Below are positions 8,545 to 17,651 of a stretch of DNA of 64,000 nucleotides, one piece after another (within the stretch, counting starts at the first letter, position 1; the number at the start of each line of letters is the position of its first letter). Source of the stretch: a virus. The translations under genes were made by a program, and so were the position numbers. Location: positions 272,882 through 336,881 of the IMG/VR virus record IMGVR_UViG_3300005529_000001. One strand, given 5' to 3'. Under the pieces are notes generated by a model. The model made no database searches and was not told the origin of the DNA. It worked only from the letters and a program-made list of their open reading frames with translations.

Positions 8545-11135
8545 GCTTCACTGTACACCACCCGTGCATCCTTCTCGACCTTGTTCACCTCGATGATGTG
8601 GTCAGCAACGTCCTTGACACCCTCGACATGAGTGATAACGATGATGGTCTTGAAGTACCTCTTCAGCGACATCAACAGCCGGTTGCACTGTTCGATCGAG
8701 GCTGGGTCCATCGGGCCAAACGCTTCGTCAATGATGAACATGTCTGTCTTGGGCAACGATGAGAGATTGATCAGGGCGACACGGAGGGCAATGGAGGCCA
8801 CTGTCTTCTCCATGCCCGAGCCTAGCTCGATCGGGCGGCGGCTGTCACCGTAGTTGATGTAAACTTCCATCGCATCGCTATCGTTGTCAACCTCAAGCTC
8901 GATGTTGAAATTGACAATGCCCGTGAGGATCTTGCTGATCTCCGCATTGATGACAGGTAACTGGCTGGTGATGATTAGGTTTGGTATTCCCTTCCGTGAG
9001 AAGGCTTGAGCGATCAACTCATGCGCTTTCATCAAGCCAAGCATCTTTTCACGTTGCTCGCGGTCCTGTTCCAGCTTATCATAGTTAGACTGTTCACGAC
9101 CCTTCTTTGAAGCCAAGTCAAGTCTCTCACTGTCAACCTGACGGAGACGGCGGAGTAGGTCATCTTTCCGGTGACGAAGCGCAACTGCTTCAGCGTTCTC
9201 CTCGTTCTTAAGCGCTTCCTCGAGCTCAATGAGCTTCTGGTTCGCTTCTTTCACCCGAGGATAGAGGACGCTGTTGAGCTCGAGCATCTTCTTGTCATAA
9301 TCACGTTGTTCGTCTGCTAACTTGGTCAACAGGTCACCACGCATGTTACGCAGCTGGAGCAGCTTCGTTACCCGGTTGGACAGGTCCTCGTGGCGTAGCT
9401 CCACGAGCGCGTCATCTGCTTTGTTCAGCTTCTCCAACGCTTTTTCGACACGTTCCTTCTGCGGTTCGACCTTGTCTTTGACTTTATGCGCGTCCTTAAT
9501 GAATCGGCAACCTGGGAACTGATCACCACAGGGCACATCATCCAAGATTTTAAGCGACCGTTGTTGTTGCTTCAACAGGGCAGCTTCCTTTTCATGAACA
9601 ACACGTAGCTGATCGACAGCGGCCTCAAGCGTCTTATAAGCCTCAAGCCTCTTCTTCAGTTCATCAACGTCATTGTCGCGGAGCAAAGCGTCAATGGTGC
9701 TGACCTTCTGTGACTTCTGGCTCATCGAGGTCACCAGGTCACTGATCTGTTCATTGACCTTGGCACCCTGGTCACGCAGTGACTGAAGATATGACCGTTG
9801 TTTCTCGACCTCCGTCGGGGTAACCATCACTACGTCCTTAAAGGACGATTCTTCTCGGGCAACATCGGTGAGCTGGACTTGGATGTCGTGCTTCTCGTGA
9901 TCCTTGATCCCGATCTGGGCATCGAGGCTCTCGAGCGTTTCTTCAAACTTCCGTTGCGCCTCGGGCCAATCACGATCGGGCAATGACTTCAAGGCGGTTT
10001 TGTTAACGTTGACGTCATCCTTGGCTAGGTCATACATCTTGTCAAAGATGTCGAGATCCAAGAATCGTGCCACGGTCTGGCGCCGTTTGGTCGAGCCTTG
10101 GTTGATGTACTGTTTGATGTCGTCCTGTGCAGCGATGCTCGTCAGCAAGGCATCCTCGCCGCTGCCAATCAGCTTCCTGATGACACGGTCAGTGTCCTTA
10201 CGTTCTTCACCACCCAAGTCTTCCAGTTCACCCCCATCGACAATTTTGAAGACATTAAGGTGAGTGTTAGCGTGCTGGCGGCCCCACTTGTCTTCGTGCT
10301 TAACGGTCTGGCGTTCGATGATGTAGTCGCTGCCGCCCGAGTTGATGATGGCTCGGGCGTAAGCGTAGTCGTGCCGCACGTTGACAACATGGAGGTTCTT
10401 GATGCTACCGCGGTCCGACGTGTTGAACAGGACGTACAGGATGGTACCCACCACTGACGACTTGCCCTGACGGTTGGGACCGAAGATGCCGACGATGCCA
10501 TTCAGAGCATCGAAGTTGATGATGTTCCCCTCACCGTACGCGAAACAGTTGTCCCACTTCAGGTTACGAAGTGTCCACTTGGTGTTCCGAGCCACCTCGT
10601 CGTTGCCCAGGACCTTGCCCAGGTAATGGATGATCTGATCACGAACAGCTTGCCATTCTGTCTCAGTAACGTGAGAAGACGTGTGATAGTCCTTCAGCAA
10701 CCGTAACAGGACGTCCGGGTTGCGCAAGTCGTCCTTTGCAAGCGTCGCGGTACCAGCGCTGATCAGCTCCCTATCGAGTTGGTGATCTGTCTTGAAAGTC
10801 ACCTCACTAGCTTTCAGCTGCTCTTGCAGCTGTGACATCAGCTTGGTCACTTCTTTTTGGGCCAGGATCTCTGTCTTGCTCCTGATGCGATACCGCGTAC
10901 CAGGCGGGTAGTTAGCTACCTTCTTCAGGGTCTTCTCAACGTCACCCGCCCAATCAACAGTCACAAACGGTTTCGGATTGGGCAGTTCTTCGAACTTGAC
11001 ATCAAACTTGTCCCTGTTCTCGATGTCCCACAACAGGTAACCGTGAACCAATGACTCGCCATAGTTTTGCTGGACCGGACTGCCGGGGTACGCGACCCAC
11101 GGCCGCTTGACGCGGATCTTGATACGCTTGCTCAA
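8511..11135 (-). CDS. Rad50/SbcC-like recombination ATPase (T4 gp46-like) carrying an N-terminal segment homologous to the C-terminal part of Mre11/SbcD; starts at TTG overlapping upstream TGA
   Basis: N-terminus VAYPGSPVQQNYGE resembles SbcD YxGSPxxxSF segment; then Walker A GPNRQGKSS, long coiled coil, signature LGSGMEKT (LSGGE), Walker B MFIIDEAFG, H-loop ITHVE; GAGGTG SD 5 nt upstream of TTG. Confidence 0.85.
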   Translation of the reverse strand: MSKRIKIRVKRPWVAYPGSPVQQNYGESLVHGYLLWDIENRDKFDVKFEELPNPKPFVTVDWAGDVEKTLKKVANYPPGTRYRIRSKTEILAQKEVTKLMSQLQEQLKASEVTFKTDHQLDRELISAGTATLAKDDLRNPDVLLRLLKDYHTSSHVTETEWQAVRDQIIHYLGKVLGNDEVARNTKWTLRNLKWDNCFAYGEGNIINFDALNGIVGIFGPNRQGKSSVVGTILYVLFNTSDRGSIKNLHVVNVRHDYAYARAIINSGGSDYIIERQTVKHEDKWGRQHANTHLNVFKIVDGGELEDLGGEERKDTDRVIRKLIGSGEDALLTSIAAQDDIKQYINQGSTKRRQTVARFLDLDIFDKMYDLAKDDVNVNKTALKSLPDRDWPEAQRKFEETLESLDAQIGIKDHEKHDIQVQLTDVAREESSFKDVVMVTPTEVEKQRSYLQSLRDQGAKVNEQISDLVTSMSQKSQKVSTIDALLRDNDVDELKKRLEAYKTLEAAVDQLRVVHEKEAALLKQQQRSLKILDDVPCGDQFPGCRFIKDAHKVKDKVEPQKERVEKALEKLNKADDALVELRHEDLSNRVTKLLQLRNMRGDLLTKLADEQRDYDKKMLELNSVLYPRVKEANQKLIELEEALKNEENAEAVALRHRKDDLLRRLRQVDSERLDLASKKGREQSNYDKLEQDREQREKMLGLMKAHELIAQAFSRKGIPNLIITSQLPVINAEISKILTGIVNFNIELEVDNDSDAMEVYINYGDSRRPIELGSGMEKTVASIALRVALINLSSLPKTDMFIIDEAFGPMDPASIEQCNRLLMSLKRYFKTIIVITHVEGVKDVADHIIEVNKVEKDARVVYSEAWPGDRTSETV

Positions 11136-11779
11136 GCAATCACCTCAGCTTCTGGGTATTTTGCGAGTTCGCTCTCGTCAATCTCGAGCTCAACGTCTCG
11201 ACCCGCTAGGAACTGCATCTTGTGAATGTCTCCAAGCAAGACAAAGTCCCAACCACGGAAGAACTCAACCGTGATGCCCTCTTCAACCAACCAGTCACTC
11301 TCGGTTGTTGCTCCCCACACGGGACCGTGATAACACGCGATGTTGATCTTGCCGGGTACGGGCTTTACGTTGTCCCAGTTCGGTTCATCGAACAAGCTGA
11401 AGATGCCCCAGATATATCCGGGCGAAAACTCATACGTACCACTTTCCTTGTAGACGTGAATACGTGGGTTCTTCAACGCTTTGACGATGGGCGTCACCGC
11501 ATCCAAACGTGACAGGTTGACAAGGTTACCGTCGTGGTTTCCGAGAGTAAGATGCAGTTCAGCTGTCTCTGACAACGTTTCAAGCCACCAAACCATCTGT
11601 TCGATATACTCAGGCGACAAGCCTGAGGTCTTGGTGTGAAAGATGTCGCCTCCTACAAAGACGTGGTCAACCTTCTGTTCTTTGACCTGACGTGCAAAAG
11701 CAGAAAACACCTCTCGGTATTCGTCGTGCCTCGATAGTCCTCGCCAGTGAACGTCGGCAGTGTGAGCGATCCTCAACAT
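11132..11779 (-). CDS. Mre11/SbcD nuclease, N-terminal phosphoesterase domain only (T4 gp47-like)
   Basis: Motifs I-V present: AHTADVHW, GGDIFH, GNHD, CYHGP, GDIH; ORF stops (TGA) right after motif V where homologues continue. Confidence 0.85.
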   Translation of the reverse strand: MLRIAHTADVHWRGLSRHDEYREVFSAFARQVKEQKVDHVFVGGDIFHTKTSGLSPEYIEQMVWWLETLSETAELHLTLGNHDGNLVNLSRLDAVTPIVKALKNPRIHVYKESGTYEFSPGYIWGIFSLFDEPNWDNVKPVPGKINIACYHGPVWGATTESDWLVEEGITVEFFRGWDFVLLGDIHKMQFLAGRDVELEIDESELAKYPEAEVIA

Positions 11780-11848
11780 CTGATCTACATCTGATCAGTA
11801 CCGTGCCACCGAAAGGCTGTACAAGATCAAACTCTAGCACGCAAGCGT

Positions 11849-12853
11849 TCAACGTGAAAGAACGGTTCTTGACACAAAATCGAGCTTATCTCGAAACGAT
11901 TCAAACCAAGAAAACGAAGGAGCGGAAGCAATCAGTTGCTTCATCTGTGCCTTCGTTAGGCTACCTGGATCGGCATCTTTGGGCAACCGAACAATTCTGA
12001 CGGGTACATCGTAATCTACTAGCTTCCTCGCAAGGACGGGTACCTTGGTGTACCTCATGTCATCATCCAGAGCTATCACGATGGGCGTGTTATGCGCAAC
12101 GATAGCGTTAAACAACGTGCTCTCTTCGTTAAGATCGCTGCCTAACAGTGGAACAGAATTGTCTGGACACTTCACCAGATCGAAAGGACCCTCACACAAG
12201 ACAAGCTCACGTGTCCAATCGATATTCAGTTCATTGAAGATGATGGGTAGCTTGTCTTCATCTGGGTTGTCATACCGCTGTTTGAACTTGTCGATCGCTC
12301 TCCCCACGAAATAGTTCAACTCCCCCTCGCCGTTGAAAGAGGGCATGATGACCCGTCGTTTCCACCTGGGATCATCGCTATATCCCAGCTTGAAATACCA
12401 GAGATCGCGTTCCGTCAAGCCACGACCCCTTGGCATCGGTTCCATCAAATACCGTCGCATCGCAAGGACATCAGGATCACGTAATGACGCAGTCGCCAGC
12501 AACTTGAAGTCCTTGGGTAAAGCCAGCTTTGGCTTCTCTTCCATGACGTCAATGATGAGACATCTCCGCCGGGGTCCCTCTTGGGCCGGCATGAACTTCT
12601 CAACGTACTCAAGCAGTTTGTCTCTGGTCGAGTATTTCTTCAGCAACGGTGCCAGGGTGTGAGCCTTGTACCCACACGACCAACAATGGCACCTGTCATC
12701 CTCGATCAGGATCGCTAGCTTCTTCTTGCTGTGATCTTTCGGAGCGCAGATGGGACAACGAACGTCAAAATTCTTGCCGTTCCTCGCTAGCTTTCCGCTG
12801 CCAAAACAGCTCTCGATGAACCGAACTTTGTCTGAGATTGTGATCAGACCCAC
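11849..12853 (-). CDS. DNA primase (DnaG/T4 gp61-like)
   Basis: Zinc finger CPICAPKDH...CHCWSCG and TOPRIM-like LCEGPFD. Confidence 0.8.
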   Translation of the reverse strand: MGLITISDKVRFIESCFGSGKLARNGKNFDVRCPICAPKDHSKKKLAILIEDDRCHCWSCGYKAHTLAPLLKKYSTRDKLLEYVEKFMPAQEGPRRRCLIIDVMEEKPKLALPKDFKLLATASLRDPDVLAMRRYLMEPMPRGRGLTERDLWYFKLGYSDDPRWKRRVIMPSFNGEGELNYFVGRAIDKFKQRYDNPDEDKLPIIFNELNIDWTRELVLCEGPFDLVKCPDNSVPLLGSDLNEESTLFNAIVAHNTPIVIALDDDMRYTKVPVLARKLVDYDVPVRIVRLPKDADPGSLTKAQMKQLIASAPSFSWFESFRDKLDFVSRTVLSR

Positions 12854-12868
12854 GCGTCAATCGTAACC

Positions 12869-13495
12869 CTAGTCGTCCTTCTTGGACTTCTTGGGCTTTT
12901 TGACTTGGATAATGGGACCATCGATCGCGGCCGCTCGAGCGATCACGTACGCATCCGTTGCATCACGTGACCAATCAACGATGAGACCGCTCTTCTTCAG
13001 AGGCCACTTAACTTCCTTGAGATCATGTTCCTGCATGTGCTTGAAGACCTGTTCCTTTTGCGACATGCCTGCCACAGAAGTTCGTTGGAGCTTGATCCCC
13101 ACGGCCTTGCGGGCATGGTTAGCACTGATGTATTCAGGAGTAACGTTGTAGATCTTCCGTGCCAAGTTGCTGACAATGCCGTTGAACCGAAGCAACATTG
13201 AGATCGTCTGCGCACTTGACATCCCGGGCCTAAAACCCATCAACGGCTCTTCCAAGACGACGCGGTCAATAACAACGTGATACTGCGCGTTCAGGGTTCC
13301 CTCGATCGCTTTAAGCGCGTGTTCAACCAGATCACACTTGTCCCAGAACGTTTTGCATTTCTTGAACTCGATCCTGTCTAACAGGTAGTGATCACCTGCA
13401 GGCCAATCGCTGTTAAGAACGCAGTACCCCGTACACGAGGTGCTGACGTCAAGGCCCAAGATGACTGCCATGCACAGATCGTGGCCCACAAACAC
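12869..13495 (-). CDS. RuvC-family Holliday junction resolvase-like protein
   Basis: N-terminal ILGLDVSTSCTGYCV resembles RuvC/YqgF catalytic start (IGIDPG..TG); basic C-terminal tail. Confidence 0.55.
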   Translation of the reverse strand: MFVGHDLCMAVILGLDVSTSCTGYCVLNSDWPAGDHYLLDRIEFKKCKTFWDKCDLVEHALKAIEGTLNAQYHVVIDRVVLEEPLMGFRPGMSSAQTISMLLRFNGIVSNLARKIYNVTPEYISANHARKAVGIKLQRTSVAGMSQKEQVFKHMQEHDLKEVKWPLKKSGLIVDWSRDATDAYVIARAAAIDGPIIQVKKPKKSKKDD

Positions 13496-13507
13496 TCACA
13501 GTAAACT

Positions 13508-13906
13508 TTACTTCAACAAGCCAAGGAGCTTCAGCTCCTTCTCGGTCATTATCACCAAAGTGACACCGTGGGCTTGACACCACCCTGCAGCCGCCTTCAG
13601 CTTCTTCTGGACCCGAGCTTGGTCCAACTTCCGTTGGGGCTTGATCTCGACCAAAAGTTGTTGGCCATCTCGTAGTTGGACAAGGAAGTCAGGCCAGTAT
13701 TGTCTGACTTTTCCCGTCTTTTTGTTCGAGATGTACTTGATCGACACATCTTCATACCGGTACCCCACGACGCTGTCATCAGCGTCTAGGTGTTGCATGT
13801 ACGCAAACTCCCATCCCGATCGGTAATGACACTCCTGGCCTGTCTTTGGAGACACATGGATGCCCGTGTGGTAACGCTTCTTCCGTTTTCGCTTTTTAGC
13901 TACCAT
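13508..13906 (-). CDS. PD-(D/E)xK nuclease, TnsA/endonuclease-like (possible freestanding homing endonuclease)
   Basis: YWPDF...LLVEIKP (D...E-x-K) core; same core as C-terminus of ORF 16791..17651. Confidence 0.5.
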   Translation of the reverse strand: MVAKKRKRKKRYHTGIHVSPKTGQECHYRSGWEFAYMQHLDADDSVVGYRYEDVSIKYISNKKTGKVRQYWPDFLVQLRDGQQLLVEIKPQRKLDQARVQKKLKAAAGWCQAHGVTLVIMTEKELKLLGLLK

Positions 13907-13913
13907 GATGTCA

Positions 13914-16772
13914 TCAAAAATCGTGCTTAATCTTGAACATCACACGATCACCCGTCCGTTTTTGGATCGGCTGCGCTAGTGTCGTCTTCATCACCACGTT
14001 CATATCGCTGTCGTGGAAGTTGATGTTGGTAACATAAGAAAAAGTGTTTTCAGGATCGTTTGGGTAACCTGTCGGTGGTACAGCCTTGAAGGCTGGGTTG
14101 CTCGATGAGTTCAGCTGGTTGTTGGGTGCGATGGCGTCAATCTTCATCACGTGGATGTGTTGCTCACCCCGCAAGTACATGCTGTACTGGTTGGCACCAT
14201 AGAAATAGAGGTGCGGGCTCTTGATGACGACCTCCCCCTCATCGTAATAGACATTACCCACGCTGTTCCACGTTGACTGGCTTGTCACGCAATCAGCGCG
14301 ATAGATGTTGCCACGACCATCATCAGCCAGGGTGATGCTGATGGGTCCTACAAAGCTGGCGGTGTTTGACAGAGCGCTAGCACCGTACAGGCTTGAAAAC
14401 AACAGATCAGGGTCGGTAAATGTCAATGTCGTGGGATTGATCCGAAACCCGTAAAACAAGTTGCTAACATCAAAGACAACAACTTCGTTTGATGATGGGT
14501 CTTGTGTCCGTTGGTAGACCGTCAGCGGAGCACCTGCCTCGACGTCCGAACCCGAGGGCACTGTGTTGATGAAGTTGAACATGGCTGGACCCGCCTTTTG
14601 GAAGGGGGTCTCAGGTGTAGCACCGATCTGTGTGTTAGCAAAAGCGTTAACCTGAACAGAGGGTTGCGTCCCATCATCAAATGCACCTGCTCCAAAGAGC
14701 AACGTGCTAGACATCACCATGTTATCAAGGTTGATGAAGCTAAGTTCATTAACACCCAAATCATCGACGGCGGTAACCAAGCTCTCCGATACCAACAACT
14801 GGAAACTGGGAACGAACAGCCCATCATCGCAGGGAAGGATTGTCAAGTTTCGTTTGATGACAAATGGCTGTGAATACAGGAAATCGTTACACGTTTCCGC
14901 GTTGGTTGATGTCTTGATCGCTACGCCAGTCAAATGATGAAGCAATGGGAAGTTTTCGCTAGCTAGGTCTTTGACAAAGTTCTCTAGGTTGATGTAATGA
15001 CCCGCTACTCCAAATGACAACGCAACGCTAAAGGGTTGGGTAGTTGAACCGTTGACCTCTTGGAAAGGTGTGACCAAGATACCACCGTGATCGATGACAA
15101 ACTGACGGTAGGGTGCCTGGTTTGCAAAGAAGGGTGGAACATAAAGGGCATACGTGTTGTCTAGGAATGTCGGACCCACGCTGGTGCTGGTTGCGATGTC
15201 AAGGTCTGACATGTAACACCGACGGATCGCAACGTCATGGAGCTCAGCATTCAACGGGTGATCAAATGCATAAGTTGCAGGTGTTTCAATGCCCGCAATG
15301 GGCCACATGTTGTTGAGGCCATCACGAAGGGCTGGCTGGTTTGCAAAGAACGCAGCCTGCGGGTTACTGCTGTTGTTTGGACCGTTGTAGTAGTTTCCCA
15401 AGACCAGCGTTGCAGGTTGGTCTTGGGTCACTCCCGGGATCTTTCCGTAAGAGTGTGAACCAAAGGTGACGATGTCCTGAAGAGATGGCGTGATCTGGTT
15501 TAGTGGCACCGTGAAAGTGCCAACATCTACGCCATCGACATTAAACGTTCCGACGCCGTTATTGGTGTATGTGGTCCCCCACCTGACGACAACGTGATGC
15601 CAGTGGTTTTGCCACAAGACGTTGTCGTTAGATTGGAAAACCAAGTATGCTGATGGGTGAGCGCTAGCTGACTGGTTTCCAAACGTTCCAGACGCAATGT
15701 ACCAGTCGCCTGACGATGGTTCTTGGTATAAGCTGCTGGGCGGTATGTCAGCAGATGATGATAGCTGCAATTGCAAGCGGAAACCAACAGGACGACCATT
15801 GGTGTCCTTGCTTGATCCAGTCACCAACGACAGACAGAACGTCGATGACAGGTGAAGGATGGTTCCTGCCTTGAACGTTCCGTTTGGGTTATCGGTGCTG
15901 TACCTGGGATTGATGTGGAAATCAAAACTGAACGAGCCCGACGGAGTGTAAGTGCCGCTACAGAAGCCATCGTGCCTGACCAGCAAGCCCTTTCCTCCAT
16001 CGATGTTGGGATACAAAATTGCGCTGTCGGATGGCACCACAGATGCTGTGAAGAAATTCAATGAGTTGTAGTTTGTGTAAGCCCAATGTGCGGTTGGGTA
16101 GACGCTGCGGTAGAAAGTGTTGAGTTGGTCTTTGATGACTAGCTTCCGCAGAGTGTTGCTGTTGAAATCGGGCGGGGGACTGAAGCGTTGTGGATCAAGA
16201 ACTTCTTTCAATCGTGCAGCTTGCGGTTGAGCTGCGCAAGCGTTCATGTATTGTTGCATGATCGCTGGAAAGCTAGCGACCAACTGAGCGTTAGAGATCG
16301 TTCCATGGATCAACGAGAGGTATGTCCCATCTCCTGGAAGCAACGTGCTTCCCGATTTCATGTAGATGGTCCCACTCACCGTCACAGAAGTTGGGTTTGA
16401 GAGAACGAAACTCGATGGCGTCAATGCAGGATCACCCGCGGAAGGAAACTGGATCCCAACGAGCTTTCCGTTCGCAAAGGTGCAATAAAAGTTGCCATTG
16501 AACGGAACCGAGACGGAGAAATACGGGTTCCGCAGGCTCTTTGCAACAAAGGTGACCTGGCGTAACAGCGATGATAAGTCAGCATCGTCATGAGCCGACT
16601 CAACAAACGAGGAATCAGGCTGGACGTCTTTCTGGATCAGCGAGTGTCTCGGAAAGAGGTAAACGGAACCCGTTGACCCGTGGAGCGATGAGGACGTGTA
16701 TGACCTGATCGGGTTAGTAACGACGGTGAATGTTTCAACGTCTGATGGGTCTACGGCGTAGATCGATGGCAT
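13914..16772 (-). CDS. large virion structural protein, paralog of ORF 17648..18892 at both termini (candidate contractile-sheath family member with insertion domains)
   Basis: N-terminal AVDPSDVETFTVV vs paralog EILPSDIKTA; C-terminal ENTFSYVTNINFHD...PIQK...DRVMFKIKHDF vs EQTFTYVTSVGMYD...PVQK...RDLTFRVRLDF; Ser/Thr/Asn-rich. Confidence 0.5.
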   Translation of the reverse strand: MPSIYAVDPSDVETFTVVTNPIRSYTSSSLHGSTGSVYLFPRHSLIQKDVQPDSSFVESAHDDADLSSLLRQVTFVAKSLRNPYFSVSVPFNGNFYCTFANGKLVGIQFPSAGDPALTPSSFVLSNPTSVTVSGTIYMKSGSTLLPGDGTYLSLIHGTISNAQLVASFPAIMQQYMNACAAQPQAARLKEVLDPQRFSPPPDFNSNTLRKLVIKDQLNTFYRSVYPTAHWAYTNYNSLNFFTASVVPSDSAILYPNIDGGKGLLVRHDGFCSGTYTPSGSFSFDFHINPRYSTDNPNGTFKAGTILHLSSTFCLSLVTGSSKDTNGRPVGFRLQLQLSSSADIPPSSLYQEPSSGDWYIASGTFGNQSASAHPSAYLVFQSNDNVLWQNHWHHVVVRWGTTYTNNGVGTFNVDGVDVGTFTVPLNQITPSLQDIVTFGSHSYGKIPGVTQDQPATLVLGNYYNGPNNSSNPQAAFFANQPALRDGLNNMWPIAGIETPATYAFDHPLNAELHDVAIRRCYMSDLDIATSTSVGPTFLDNTYALYVPPFFANQAPYRQFVIDHGGILVTPFQEVNGSTTQPFSVALSFGVAGHYINLENFVKDLASENFPLLHHLTGVAIKTSTNAETCNDFLYSQPFVIKRNLTILPCDDGLFVPSFQLLVSESLVTAVDDLGVNELSFINLDNMVMSSTLLFGAGAFDDGTQPSVQVNAFANTQIGATPETPFQKAGPAMFNFINTVPSGSDVEAGAPLTVYQRTQDPSSNEVVVFDVSNLFYGFRINPTTLTFTDPDLLFSSLYGASALSNTASFVGPISITLADDGRGNIYRADCVTSQSTWNSVGNVYYDEGEVVIKSPHLYFYGANQYSMYLRGEQHIHVMKIDAIAPNNQLNSSSNPAFKAVPPTGYPNDPENTFSYVTNINFHDSDMNVVMKTTLAQPIQKRTGDRVMFKIKHDF

Positions 16773-16790
16773 GATTCCTGTCTAACTACC

Positions 16791-17651
16791 CTACACCACG
16801 ATCCCAAGGTCCCTCATGACCTGTCGGGTGATGTGGCGGTAATCGTTGAACCCGTTGGCCCGACTGTACTCTCGACCCGCCGCAGCGGTGTTCATCACCC
16901 GCTCCGTCAGCAGGAACTCTTCTGGTTTGACCTCCCAGATCTCCTTTGAACCATCGGTAAAGTAGACGATGAAGTCGGGCACGTGCCATCGCTTGTTGTT
17001 GTTATAGTAGTATGGGATCTTCAGGCTCTCGTATTCCCAGCCCTCGACCGTCGGGCTGGCGTCAAGGAACTTCATCGCCGCTTCCTCCCAGCTCGACTTG
17101 AAGAAGTGTTCCTTGGTATTCTTCACCGACACGTAGGTTCCCTTCTTGTTCTGGGTGCCGTAGGACCGGAACCTGCCCTCAGTGATCGCCTGTGCCTTCT
17201 TCTCTGACATCTTGGCGCGCGTCTCTTCCGAGTGCTTGCGGCCGTACATGCCGTTGTTGGTGCCAGACCGCTTCTCACCCTTCGAGACCTCGCTCAGGTG
17301 GCGTTTCGTCTCCTCGGTGTGGCTCTTCCCCAGCCAGGGTCGCCATTCTCCTCGGGCTGCCTTTTCTTGGATCGTGGCTTTCGCTTTGGCGTGTGACGCA
17401 GGCGAGTTCAGTGCCTGGATCGACTTCTGCCACGTCTCCGGGTGATCGTGCTTGTACTTGCCACGACACTTGTTGTCGCAGAAGTGCATCACTCCGCGAT
17501 CCCTGGTCTTTGACCCTTCGATGATCGCTTCACAGGCATCACACTTGAAGCGATGGACAATGCTCTTGCGGTTGGTGACGAGAGATCGCCGCTCGATAAT
17601 CTCCAGGAGCATGGCAATAAGTACCACGCACACTGGCGTTAGCAACGTCAA
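16791..17651 (-). CDS. homing endonuclease-like protein: NUMOD3 DNA-binding repeats fused to PD-(D/E)xK nuclease domain
   Basis: Two GKSHTEETKRHLSEVSKG / GRKHSEETRAKMSEKK NUMOD3-type repeats; C-terminal WHVPDFIVYF..EIWEVKP nuclease core; sits between two paralogous structural genes. Confidence 0.65.
   Translation of the reverse strand: MTLLTPVCVVLIAMLLEIIERRSLVTNRKSIVHRFKCDACEAIIEGSKTRDRGVMHFCDNKCRGKYKHDHPETWQKSIQALNSPASHAKAKATIQEKAARGEWRPWLGKSHTEETKRHLSEVSKGEKRSGTNNGMYGRKHSEETRAKMSEKKAQAITEGRFRSYGTQNKKGTYVSVKNTKEHFFKSSWEEAAMKFLDASPTVEGWEYESLKIPYYYNNNKRWHVPDFIVYFTDGSKEIWEVKPEEFLLTERVMNTAAAGREYSRANGFNDYRHITRQVMRDLGIVV

Noticed and set aside
11121-11150. Programmed ribosomal frameshift joining Mre11 to the downstream frame
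   Set aside because: No slippery heptamer or downstream structure is evident. The overlap has a canonical SD + TTG re-initiation context (cTTGAgc), so translational coupling or a sequencing indel are simpler explanations. Recorded as a finding rather than a frameshift feature.
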